Below the pieces are notes generated by a model that saw nothing but the letters and a program-made list of their open reading frames with translations, made no database searches and had not been told where the DNA came from. Both the position numbers and the translations under genes were made by a program. A stretch of 60,674 bases of DNA, counting the filler, from Basidiobolus meristosporus CBS 931.73 (taxonomy: Eukaryota; Fungi; Basidiobolomycota): NCBI GenBank assembly GCA_002104905.1. It is 3 parts of 3 records of this genome, joined end to end, with 100 filler letters (N's around TTAATTAATTAA, not from the genome) between each part and the next. Parts side by side here need not be neighbours in the genome. Positions count along the whole stretch, not along the records: positions 50,519 to 60,674 come from MCFE01001307.1; 2 more parts are not named here. The stretch is one strand, 5' to 3'. Shown in pieces: positions 50,519-60,674 of this stretch. Position 1 is the stretch's first letter. Every line of letters begins with the position of its first letter.

Positions 50519-50721
50519 AGGTCCCAAGAGCATGTGTGCAAAGTTTGGGGCTGTTTGGACAACTTTGAGAATTTCATGTTTTGGGTACCTGGTATTTTGG
50601 TGAAAATATCCTAAGTAAATCCTGACAAGGAGTTTGGTGAGTATTCTCTAGTATCTGAAAATAAAGATCTAAGTGACCAAGTTAGGTGCATATTTAGGTT
50701 GAATTTCAAGGCTTTACAACA
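50519..50721 (-). mobile_element. Partial Copia LTR at the contig start
   Basis: GGTCCCAAGAGCATGTGTGC...GATCTAAGTGACC...TTTACAACA is the LTR reverse complement. Confidence 0.9.
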
Positions 50722-50899
50722 AATTCTACCATGGAATACATGAGTGGTACCAAGGGAAGTGGAAATATGAAAAACCATTGGGTAAAATTAGTACAGTAGC
50801 ATTGTGCAGGACTAGATATAAATCATCATACAGCCATAATGATGCTAAAAGTGAGTAAATTTTATAAATGCACTCATTCGCTTACCTGACTTGGTTACC

Positions 50900-51780
50900 T
50901 AGACCATTACCCACAAATCTTAGTAGAACCTGACTTAATTCCTACTTGTGATTTACTTACAATATTTTTACCAGAATACCAGATACCTAGAGCATGGAAC
51001 TTCTCAGAGCTGTCCAAGCATCCCTAAGCTCTGTGCAAATGTTCTTAGAATCTTGCTTAGTATGATCTGTGCTTGTCTTGTCATGACCAGGTAAAAGTAT
51101 AACTACTACTTTTATGCCAGATAAATCTTTCAGTGAAGCCCTCAAATCTGCTTATTCTCCCAATCACTACCAATATATCCTGAAAAATTGGACTAACAAA
51201 ATTGCCATATTGGTTGATGTGATGGATTCAGTGGGTGGACAAACTGCTGAGGAAGAGGTAATAATTAACCTGCTGAATGACATGATAGACAGAGTACTAA
51301 CCCAAACTTCTTGAAGGGATTTACTTAAATTATTTTCATCAAGAAATCAGGTATTCACAATTTGAGATTGCTCAAAGTGGTAAAGCACCCTGGCATTTTA
51401 CACACATTCTCTTAGGACTTTTTTGGACATACTGTATGTATTTGTTTTGCCAAGACCATGCCAAAGTCCAATCTTCAGTTTAAGACTGTAGCTCTGATAC
51501 AAGGCTTGAGGTTTATATGTCAGGCTATTCAGCAGGGTTACCATCACTTCTTCATCAGAAGTTTGCACACACAACATCTTCATAACATCAGCCAATAAGG
51601 GAAACATTTCTTCTCCTGGGAGCAACTTTGTAGTAAAGAGACTTTGTTTAAGATACAAATATTTCTCAACAATGATCCAAGTGCCCGAGTTGGGTGGATA
51701 TTCAGGTACATTTACAAAATTTACAACAGAGAGGTCATGCATGCAGAGTTCTGGAGTCATTAAACTGTACTGAGATCTCC
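50900..51780. mobile_element. Old Copia relics: diverged LTR fused to a gag fragment (plus) and a gag fragment (minus)
   Basis: NKIAILVDVMDSVGGQTAEEEVIINLLN and YLKQSLFTTKLLPGEEM match the gag of copy 3. Confidence 0.75.
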
Positions 51781-52359
51781 CATATCCTTAGCACCTGATA
51801 TTCTGGTCAAAGGGAATTCCCACAAGGTATGGGTAGAAAATATTTATGAGCTACAGGCCAGGTAGGCTGTACCTATCCTGTTTCATGATCAATACCCAGG
51901 AGTGTCACTTATGAATGGCTCTTAGACCAGTGTTGGTATGCTAGGAAATTATCTGATGAATATTAGAAACTGTTGAAGGTAGAAGCATAAATCAGCTATT
52001 GCAAGAATGCCACTAGTTGCTCAACAACCTGTCCTGAGTTATATAGAAAGCACTAAGTAGGTTGTTTGGAAATATATAGTGCTGGGACAGGTGCAACAAG
52101 TGAACAGCCAGCAGCAACAAAGCCACTGCTTGAATGTTTGTCAAGGAACAAATGCAGTGCAATGCAAGATGTATCTATTCAAGGTGGCAGCAATGGTGCT
52201 GGCAAGACCAGAGGGAAAAGGAAAGGGAAGAAGCCCCACACCAGAGGGAAAAAGGTATGCACCAGAGAAATGCCATGGTTTGCATATATCAGAATCCCAA
52301 CATAGCCCTCAACAATTACCAAGGAGATAACAGTTACCTTGGCAAGAGATTGGAGATCC

Positions 52360-53209
52360 ATGAAGTGTACGAATTTTTCGGAGCACAGGTTTGGCCAACA
52401 ACAGGGTGGATCTGGGAAGGACTGTGGAGGGTGGTGCACGGGGTTTGGGGTGGCTTAGACAAGCTTGAAGGGATTGACGAGTTCCAGGATATTGCGGAAT
52501 CAATGCATCGGTCACAATCATACCCGCCATATTCAGGGCCAACCTAACCTGAATTCGGGATTTGCCAAGACGAAACTGAAGAGACCGGAGTGGTTAAAGT
52601 AGTGTACCGTGCGATTGTTGATTTGGATGGCCGGAAGAGTCACATGATGCTCACTAGTTCGCTGGAGACCGGATGAAGTGTTTGCGTGTTTGGAAGAACT
52701 TGGACGAACCAAGGATGAGAGTGCTTAAAGAGAGGTCCCAGGAAGGAATGGGCAAAGTGTGGGGGAGGGGGGGGTCTTTGGGATCATTTCCGGGACTTCC
52801 CTAGTATCAAGAATTGGCAGGTATCTATCTACAAGTTGAACCCCAAAAGGCGGTGGTTCATGATTCAGCGATGATCCAAGAAGCCAACGAGGTGAATGGA
52901 TGTATTGCCCGAATACTCCGGGGCATTTTGGCAAACCCCATCGGATGGGCATGGTACATGGGACTACCTGTACCGCGTCCATAGGGATATCTACCTGGGT
53001 CACCGATTAGTCCTCTGGAGGCCTTGGAGATTGTTCGACGAAATGCCCGTGGTCAGCCCACCTCGTCAAGCCTAAGGGACACCGCATTTCACTGTAGATG
53101 TGGGGATACGATGGGTGCCGCATGGCCTCCGGAGCACACCTATCCGAGGGAAAATGCGGAGTGGTGCCCACTGGATATCAAGGCGAGGAGAGATAGGGAT
53201 TCGAAGTGA
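52360..53209 (+). CDS. Possible spliced gene or gene remnant, product unknown
   Basis: CpG content returns to normal near 52360. Candidate exons YQELAGIYLQVEPQ...LANPIGWA and CPLEALEIVRRNARG...HCRCG...WCPLDIK join in frame over a GT...AG intron. A complete upstream model could not be built. Confidence 0.3.
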
Positions 53210-54441
53210 TTCGTTGACAGGATGCTTTTCCGATGCAGATCTGGTGGGCCAAAGCCAGGGAGGTATGTTCGAGGTAGAATGTCCAGATACCTACAACGAG
53301 GAGGGAGGAGGGAAGACGGTGCGAGATACCTTGGAGTGGGTTCCGCCGGGTGGGTGATCAGCAGGGGACCACCATGAAAACGGAGATCTTCCCGGGGGTC
53401 CCACTGGTCAGACGAGCCCAGCGAATGCTCCCCCCCCCACACTCACACACACACGGCCAACTGGTGAACGTAGTTGCAAATTCAACTTGGGATTGCTCCG
53501 GATCGGTTAATTCTTTGAAAGGCGCCCACTCACCAAACTCTCCAAATACACACACCTCACTTCGTGGACCTAAAGGAGGTACCGATCAGTGGAGGGATTA
53601 AGCAGTCACATCAGCCACTCCGTGCGCATTTCGATTGGTGATCGGCGCCACACACACACCCCCCCCCCCCACGGTGCGGTCGGTCCAGGGCCCGTACGGG
53701 ATGGTGGAGTGGTGGCCAGGGCCAGGGTCAGACGACGAGCCCGTCGTGTGCGACACCGTGATAGGCGGCCAGAGGAAATGGGCCGCTGTCTGGGGCGTGA
53801 ACCATTCGCCCAACCTGAGGTTCGCACGGCCGGTGGTAGGGCTCAACCAGCTTTGGGATTTCACTTCATTTCATTCTATTGACACTGCATTGGGAAACTA
53901 CGTATTTGACAGTTGGGGCGGGGGCGGGGGGAATTTGGAATACAATGGAGAGGAGGGGGGGAAGACTCTACAGGAAGGGTTCGGAAGGGGTGACTGTAGG
54001 GTGAGGGTGAGGGTGAGGGTGGGGTAGGTGTTTGTATTTATGCATGTGTTCGGATTCGTGGGTGCGGGCGTGGTGAGTTTTGCGCTGGCTTGTGGGTTGG
54101 CGAAGATGTGTATGATAAGTGTGGCGAAGGGGGGGGGGATTGGGCATGAACGCAAAAGGGCCATCAGCTGACCAGGCGGATGGGTGGGGGCACAAGGTGA
54201 AGTAATATAGGCTAATCGGTTCGCCAGGTAACAACATGACCGCGGGATAGATAGATCGGAGGAGGAATTCAAAGCAAGTCCCTGAGAATCGGTCCATATA
54301 CAGGGGAGGACATGGGTTCGGGTTCAGCACGTGGGTGGTGTCTTTCCACCGAGTTAAGAATGGTAGGTTGAGGGGGTGGGATGGAGGAGCAAGGGCCAAA
54401 GGTTGGTGGGACAGGGGTCTCCCGAACGGACCATCAGTCGA

Positions 54442-55925
54442 TCAGCTGGATGCTCTCCCCATCGGTTCGCCGAGTGGCCTCCTTGTCCCCGGGATCAGAG
54501 CTGTTGGTATCGTGCACCGTGGCTGCGGCCACCTGCGCCCTTTTACGGGTGAGTTTGGCGAAGTCTATCATGGACAGGTTAGTCCCACGGCATATATCAA
54601 GCGACGAATCCAAATGTCGTAAAAGGAACTCACGTAATCCACAAGCGTTGCAGAGGGTGCGCGCCCCATCTGGGCCTCTCCTCCATTCCGGGGTCTCGGT
54701 GGTGTTGCAGGAATGGCATCTGCCTGGGGGTGGCTGGCCTGACCGCTTCTGAGTGGAAGGAAAGTTAAGCTGGTGGTTGATTGGAAGGGCAAGGGAGGGG
54801 AGGGGAGGGGAGAGGCCGAACTAAATCGAATGATCACTCACACTTCTTTTCCTATATTTGGGCCGAGAGGGGGCCAGGAGGGTGCGTTTGTTGCGGATGT
54901 ACTCCATATCGTCATCTCCCAAAGGCTGCGTGAAGAAAGAAAATGATGAGTAAAGCAGAGGTTGATGGCCGACTCCACTTGTCACCCACCTCATTCCGGC
55001 TTCCGGGCTTGCCGCTGTCCGCCTTTAACCCGGTCAGCACCCGTAGGATATCCTGGGCTTTGTTGGCCATTTCCCTGACCAGGTCATCCGCTGGTAGAGC
55101 ATACGCCTTCTCGGAGCGATTCCCGTACTCGAATGCGAAGTGGGAAAGCATCCGACAATTCTCCACCACCTTGTCCAGAGCGAGTGGGGACGAGTCCCTT
55201 CCACGCTGTTCATGGAGCATCTCCTCCAGCTTGATCTCGGTCCCTCGTTCGGAGTCGGGGAACGGGCGCACTCGCTGATTCGCCCCACCGTGGTAATCGT
55301 CCCGGCCGGGGCCTCTCTCCAGATGTGGGGTGTTCGGCAAACTCTGCCTCTCGGAGTAATGGCGTGGGTAGTGTGGAGAGGGGTCGGCCGGATGCCGAAG
55401 ATAGTGCCCTTCCGGAAGCGGCTCTCTGGGTCTCTGATAGGACGGGACGGGCTCATTGGCCGTATAGGGAAGGAAATTCCCATTTGGTTCGCGTTCACGA
55501 GGTAGATGATCCCGTTGGACTGGGGGATATTTAGGATAACTAGGGTAATCCCGAGGATAGTATGCCTCAGGAGGATCTCGCGATCCATTTGCTAGGGTAG
55601 GCAACGAGCCTCGATGGTAGGGGAAATTCCCTTGGTAATTGTCAGGAGCGGCTGGTTGGCTCTCGTAGGGATGGTTTGGCGCGTTCGGGGAGTCGGTGGG
55701 CTGTTGTCTGCGAGGTTGCTGGGCAGTTATTCCACTAGCATAGTACGGGTATTCGGGTTGGTTGGGCTTCGAACCAGATATCCGAGGAAGCAGATTAGAA
55801 AAACCATCGAGGCTTGCGGGTTTAGAGATTAGTGGATCGGCGGACTGTTGCGAATAGGGAACCGCGGAGGGATTTGCAGAAGGGACTGGTAAAGATGCGC
55901 TTTGTGCGCTAGGACGGATATCCAT
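54442..55925 (-). CDS. GATA-type zinc-finger transcription factor, NsdD-like, spliced
   Basis: Pro/Tyr-rich N-terminus and a helical block ([18 protein letters not shown]...[16 protein letters not shown]). Then MEYIRNKR...RPKYRKRS and the finger [37 protein letters not shown] (C-x2-C-x18-C-x2-C). Stop at 54442-54444; an upstream exon is possible. Confidence 0.92.
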
Positions 55926-57061
55926 CTGAGGGAAGTTACAGGAGGTGAACCTAGCAAACGGCAAGGGTTGGATAAAGGCTTCAGTGGGGATCAACAGGGT
56001 GAGACACTCACTATTGGATAAAACACCCAACGAAACGGGTGGAGATTGCTGCTCTTGGTTGGAATATTTCTTAAGGGTGAAAAAGCAAACGTTAATCCTC
56101 GGCCATCTGGTGAACTGATTGGAAAGGGAGGAAATACCACTTGACAGGGGAGGGAAGTAGGCTCCACACGAAACAGTACTGTCTTGTTTACTTGGGGGTG
56201 GCTATTCACGACGACACGACAAAAACCAGTACAAGAAACCCAAAGAACAGGAATGTTGAAAACAAGTAATCGGGTAAGAAGTGGGATGCGCTGGGGGATC
56301 TGATGAACGGCTAAAAGCCAATATTTTTGGCAGGAGATTGGGATAATATCAGTTCAAGGAAAAAAAGTTCCCTTAGTCAACGGGAAATCGGAGATCCCAC
56401 TAACAATAGAACGATTTGGACTTTTATGGAAGTAGGGGCCCTGATTCGACTCAGAATTCCCGCTTCATTGGCTTAGGCCTATATATCAGATCTATGCTTC
56501 TAGCCCGATTCTTGCGCTTCTGCTGGGTGTATCAGGAGAGATGACAACGAGAGAGTGGGAAGAGTGACGTTTACCTGCTCACTTGTGCCATGGTGATCTT
56601 TTGCTTAAAGTTGTGAGCGATTAGCTTGAGATCGGATGGAACCGTAACCAATCCAAATCTCAATTCCATATGCCCATCTGCAGATGAGTCAGATTCCTTA
56701 AGTGAGATCCAAATGACGCTTGTTCCACATGATATAGTAATCGGAAATTCCATTTCCATAGTTATTTAGCACGACAAGTTGACCAATCCTGTTGTTTGTT
56801 CGTGGGGTGAGGGCCAGGTGAATTCTTGGCGAATAATAGGCGAACATTGGCCATGATAATTTAGGGGATTTATTTTCGACTTGCTGCTTTCTTCAATGGC
56901 CACATAAGCCGTGATGTCTTGGAAGGGGATGACAACATCGATGGGAGGGGTACTGCGTTTTAACTGGTGTACCTAGCCAAGTAATATAATTGCTGGCCTC
57001 GAGTGTGTGTAGCGAATGCACAGTAAGCAACGGCTGCGAATCATGCTCATCCTTGAGCCAC

Positions 57062-58873
57062 CTAGACTTTATCCTTTTGCACACGAGAGAGTGCGCGTAG
57101 CATGTCAAGCGCCTCCACTGGTTTGGCCTGCGGGCTACTAGTCTGTGTTTCTTGTGTCTGGTTCAGAGCCCGGACTGCCTGGGCGAGTACCCTGGTTGAG
57201 AATTCTTGGGTGGATTTGGTGAATTGCGACGCGTTGTAGAGGACATGGTGTAATCTATCAATCTAAGCACCATCTTAGTAGGTCGGACAGCTTTGGTTTC
57301 AACCGTTCTTATTATCCATGAAGATACCTTGTATTCTATTTGATCAGCATCTACTGTTTCGGATTGTTTGTCGTGAATCGAACGCAGGAATCGAAGCTTT
57401 TTCTCATCCAGGTAATCATTGCAATGGTCCGAAGATATGGTGATCGCTTGGGGTGAGGTGGATGAAGGGTAGCTGTCTGCGACATTGGCATGGTACTGGT
57501 TGTATTTCTTGATGAGGTCGATCCAGTGGGTGTCCTCCGATTGTAGCCTAGATTACTGTGGCTTTAGTAAACCGAGCACTTTGCTCTACAATGCAGCAAA
57601 CTTCACCTACCTAGCTATCTGTTCCGCGTATTCTTTCTTCTTTTTCATGTTATCGAGGTTTTGGGGATGCTCGAGCTTCAGTAACGAATGCTCTTTGGAT
57701 GCATCGTCACCCTGTAGTGAGTAACTAAATGTCAGCCACTGTGAAGGTGCTATCAAATCGCGGTACTCGTTACCTTGCGATGATACCATGATGTGTTCAC
57801 TTCATTCTTAATCAACATCGAGATAAGATTCTCTTGGATGGTTTTGGCTGGATAAGAAACGTGAATACCGTTGGAGGCTGATGCTAGATGGCCTAGCCTG
57901 CTTACCGATATTAAAAGCTTCGGTGTCTCCCCGATCCTTTTGGGAATCCATAGCCCGTCGTGCACACCAGATCAGTAGCTGCTTCATCCGAATAGGGTCA
58001 GGCATTTCTGGAGATATGTGACGGTATAGCTCTTCAGTACGAATGCTAGGGTGTGGTAAAGCTATGAACACCGAAGAATTAGCGAGTACTGGGGAGAATG
58101 CTTTGCGTGGTGCTTACCTACAAAGCCGCTACCGATGGAGGATGCACGCTTTCCACGACGAGCGAAGCTAGAGCGGCGTTTCTTTTTTCTGACCTCCTCG
58201 ATCTTTTTGCCCGACAGAGGCTCTACCACAGGCACAGGGATAAACGCTTCAGAGTATTTACTTTCTTGAGCAATTTTTTTTGATACTATGGAAGGTGCCA
58301 AAGATTTGAGTGGCTTCTTTTTCTAGATTCAGAAAGGGTGGTCAGTGTCTACATCTCTAGGGTATTCCCACTTTTCAAGGGAGTAAGTACCTTAAGCCCT
58401 TGTGAGCGGGAGGGTTTAGAAGGAGTTATGTATTTCACGAATTCGTCTTCGCTCTCGTTGACCGTGTCAAAGGGTGGTTTGTTGGTGCGGGGTGTAGCCT
58501 TTGGTTTTTTAAGTTCGTACTGAGGTGATTTGGTGAGGGTCTTTCTGCGTTTACTTGCGATGCTTTTACGAGCCGCTTGCGTTCGACGCGTGCTCTTGGG
58601 CTGCCGAGTAAAAACGAAGCCGAGATCGTTTTCTTCTTCTGGCTCTGTGGAAGGGCGTTAAAGGAATTGGGGACAGTAAGTATGCCGATACATTTGTTTA
58701 GCAGATACGCGTAAAGCAGCATTCTATTACCATGAGGTTCTTGCTTCTGAAAAGGAAGTGAATAGTAGGTGAGTAAGCGATAGGAAGTGGAGTATGCTAA
58801 GGGGCTGACCCACTTTGCTCGTCTTCGCTGGCCGAGGGGTGGCTCTTACGGTAGACTTGCGTTTCGGCGGCAT
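57062..58873 (-). CDS. DSN1: Kinetochore Mis12-complex subunit Dsn1/Mis13, spliced
   Basis: MPPKRKS start, DLGFVFTR and RRSSFARRGKRASSIGSGFV/ALPH. Then YRHISPEMPDPIRMKQLLIWC, with C-terminal DMLRALSR and stop at 57062-57064. Confidence 0.88.
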
Positions 58874-59319
58874 TTTTTCTAAGGGAACAGGAGGTAGATG
58901 CAAATAGGAGTTGGCCTGCTAATTACTATCAAGGAAATTGAGTAACGCGTGTAATGTTTAAAACGTTAGGTGGGTTATTTGTTAGAGAGATGTTATAGTC
59001 TCAATGCAAACTGATGGTAACTTAAATGACCGATATATTAGATCGATTTCCTCTTCTGGATATATTAGGGAGATCTTATTACTGTTATTTGCCCGCGTCC
59101 CAAATTCGATGATTAACAGTTGAGAAATCATCCACAATGAGTAGTGGTTGAATGCTAAATAAAAAATCCGAAATTTTCGAATGTAGGGTTTTATTCAATT
59201 ATACAATATGTCGGATGACATATCAATGATTTACAAGATAAATCGATGATCGCTTTGGTCTCGACTATAGCGACCTCAACTCAATCGGATCCTATTATTC
59301 ATGCTCGTTCACGCACGCA

Positions 59320-59352
59320 TTCATTCACTCACTCACTCACTCACTCGCTCGC
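59320..59352. repeat. (TCAC)n/(TCGC)n microsatellite
   Basis: TCATTCACTCACTCACTCACTCACTCGCTCGCTC. Confidence 0.85.
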
Positions 59353-59365
59353 TCCCATTCACCTC

Positions 59366-59542
59366 TTACTCTCTTCTTCTCATAAGTGCTGGCGCATTCA
59401 CCGATCGATACCGACGAAGACTCTCATCCGTAGTGAGCTTGTACCCCATGAATGACACTGCTCCAACCACTCCTGCCCCGAGAATCGCCAGTAGTGGGTA
59501 CACTTCGATTCCTGCCTTGCTGACTCCTTGAGCGAATGCCAT
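59366..59542 (-). CDS. 58-aa single-TM protein resembling NDUFA4/B12D-type cytochrome c oxidase accessory subunits
   Basis: MAFAQGVSKAGIEVYPLLAILGAGVVGAVSFMGYKLTTDESLRR: ExYPL, then a Gly-rich TM, then KL..D, as in NDUFA4-like proteins. Confidence 0.65.
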   Translation of the reverse strand: MAFAQGVSKAGIEVYPLLAILGAGVVGAVSFMGYKLTTDESLRRYRSVNAPALMRRRE

Positions 59543-60674
59543 TGTGGTTGATACTGGTAGAGCTTGGTGTGGGTAAGTGCTGGCTAGGTTGTGATTCGAA
59601 AAGAATAGAGTGCCGAAGCTGTTGTTGATGCTAGAATGATGTGGGGATGGTGTGTCTTTTATCCTCGAATCCAGCATGCGTATGCTCATGGATGAGGGCG
59701 CTGATGCTGCTATTGGGATTGAGATGGATGTTGGTGTTAGTGTTGGTGTTAGTGCTGATGCTGATGTTGTTGATCTTGGTGCTGGTGCGGGAACCGGAGA
59801 GCTCGTACACCTGTTCCCTACGACTGACATCAGTCGAAGATCACATGGTTACATTCGTCTTCGCACCATTTCTCATCCTCAACTCTTCATCACACCTCCA
59901 CTCACATCACCACTTACACCTACACCTACATCCACATCCACACACACCTACAATCGCATTCACCTCCACTCTCAGAGTGCTAATCATGGCTGATCCTACA
60001 CTCAGCAGCTTGTGCACACCCTTGGGGGCTGGGCTAAGCCTCACACTCGGAGAACTAGTAGCTGGCCAGCCAGAGTGAACCACCCAAGAAAACCTGACCT
60101 CGAGAGACGAGCGGGGTTGACTGAGGTATAGGGCTCGGTGCTGATGCGTGACTTTGAATTGGCACTGGGGGTGTGACAAGTGTTAGATAACTGAATGCAA
60201 CGCAATCAGTTGTTGGGTGTGTTACGACTGAAAGGTGTGTGGGAGCATGATATCCAGCCCAACCACCCAGGCAGTCAGGTGATCCAAATGGTCAAGTGTC
60301 CACCACGAAGTCACACTTCAATGTGGCGGAGAGGATCAGAAATTGGATCCTTGAGGATGAATCATGCGCTACTTGGGCCGCTGAGATAGCTGAGGCCAAA
60401 GCAACCCACCACCTCGGGATCGTCATTGAATCCATGAAAATAAGGCGAAACCAACATAAAGGAAACGGAAAAGAACCATCTGCCACCGAAATTCGGATCG
60501 TTTATCCCGCTACACCACAAAAGCGTTCACGCACCTTGCACTACATGTGACTGGCATTTAATGCTGGTGAAAGGGATCTCAGATGATTTCCCTTATGGAG
60601 TAATTTTGATCTTCAGCCGGGGATGCTGTAGGATCTGCTGTCAATATGAAGGTCACATCATCCCACTCGTTGAT

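Noticed and set aside
54943-55832. Several overlapping ORFs on both strands over the GATA gene
   Set aside because: Shadow frames of a GC-rich coding exon with no independent motifs.
59641-60179. ORFs of 90-145 aa with LVLVLV, HLHLH and GVSV runs
   Set aside because: Translations of hexamer-type microsatellites (TGTTGG, GATGCT, ACACCT) with no domain evidence.
60296-60550. 84-aa plus-strand ORF (ERIRNWILEDESCATWAAEI...)
   Set aside because: Somewhat protein-like, but no recognisable motif, no ATG-initiated model and close to the window edge, so it cannot be supported.

Overview
Eukaryotic DNA, most likely an early-diverging fungus (inferred from short GT-AG introns with CTAAC-like branch points and a fungal-type gene set). 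The window joins three contigs with artificial 100-bp spacers (N44-TTAATTAATTAA-N44 at 28176-28275 and 50419-50518), so adjacency across them is not evidence. Contig 1 (1-28175) is a CpG-depleted transposon nest. It holds two decayed copies of one Ty1/Copia family, four ~3.4-kb copies of a PIF/Harbinger/ISL2EU-type DDE transposon with an unrecognised second ORF, a MITE of that family, a 1.2-kb solo LTR, a Ty3/Gypsy pol fragment and a decayed ORF of an unassigned repeat family. Contig 2 holds a secreted orphan, a frameshifted Fringe/GT31 glycosyltransferase with a PAN/apple-like tail, and a second Copia cluster with LTRs nested inside LTRs. It then has ordinary genes: PA-RING E3 ligase, 3-hydroxybutyryl-CoA dehydrogenase, a Cys-rich membrane protein, Nma111, TVP38 and a truncated Kv-beta/AKR. 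Contig 3 holds Copia relics, an NsdD-like GATA factor, Dsn1/Mis13 and an NDUFA4-like small protein. The most notable signals are (i) the same inverted LTR-in-LTR junction at LTR nt 52-56 (AGATC) seen three times and (ii) the self-nesting two-ORF DDE transposon with 3-bp ATA/ATT target duplications. No rRNA, tRNA or CRISPR array was seen. All family assignments come from motif recognition by eye, not from database searches.
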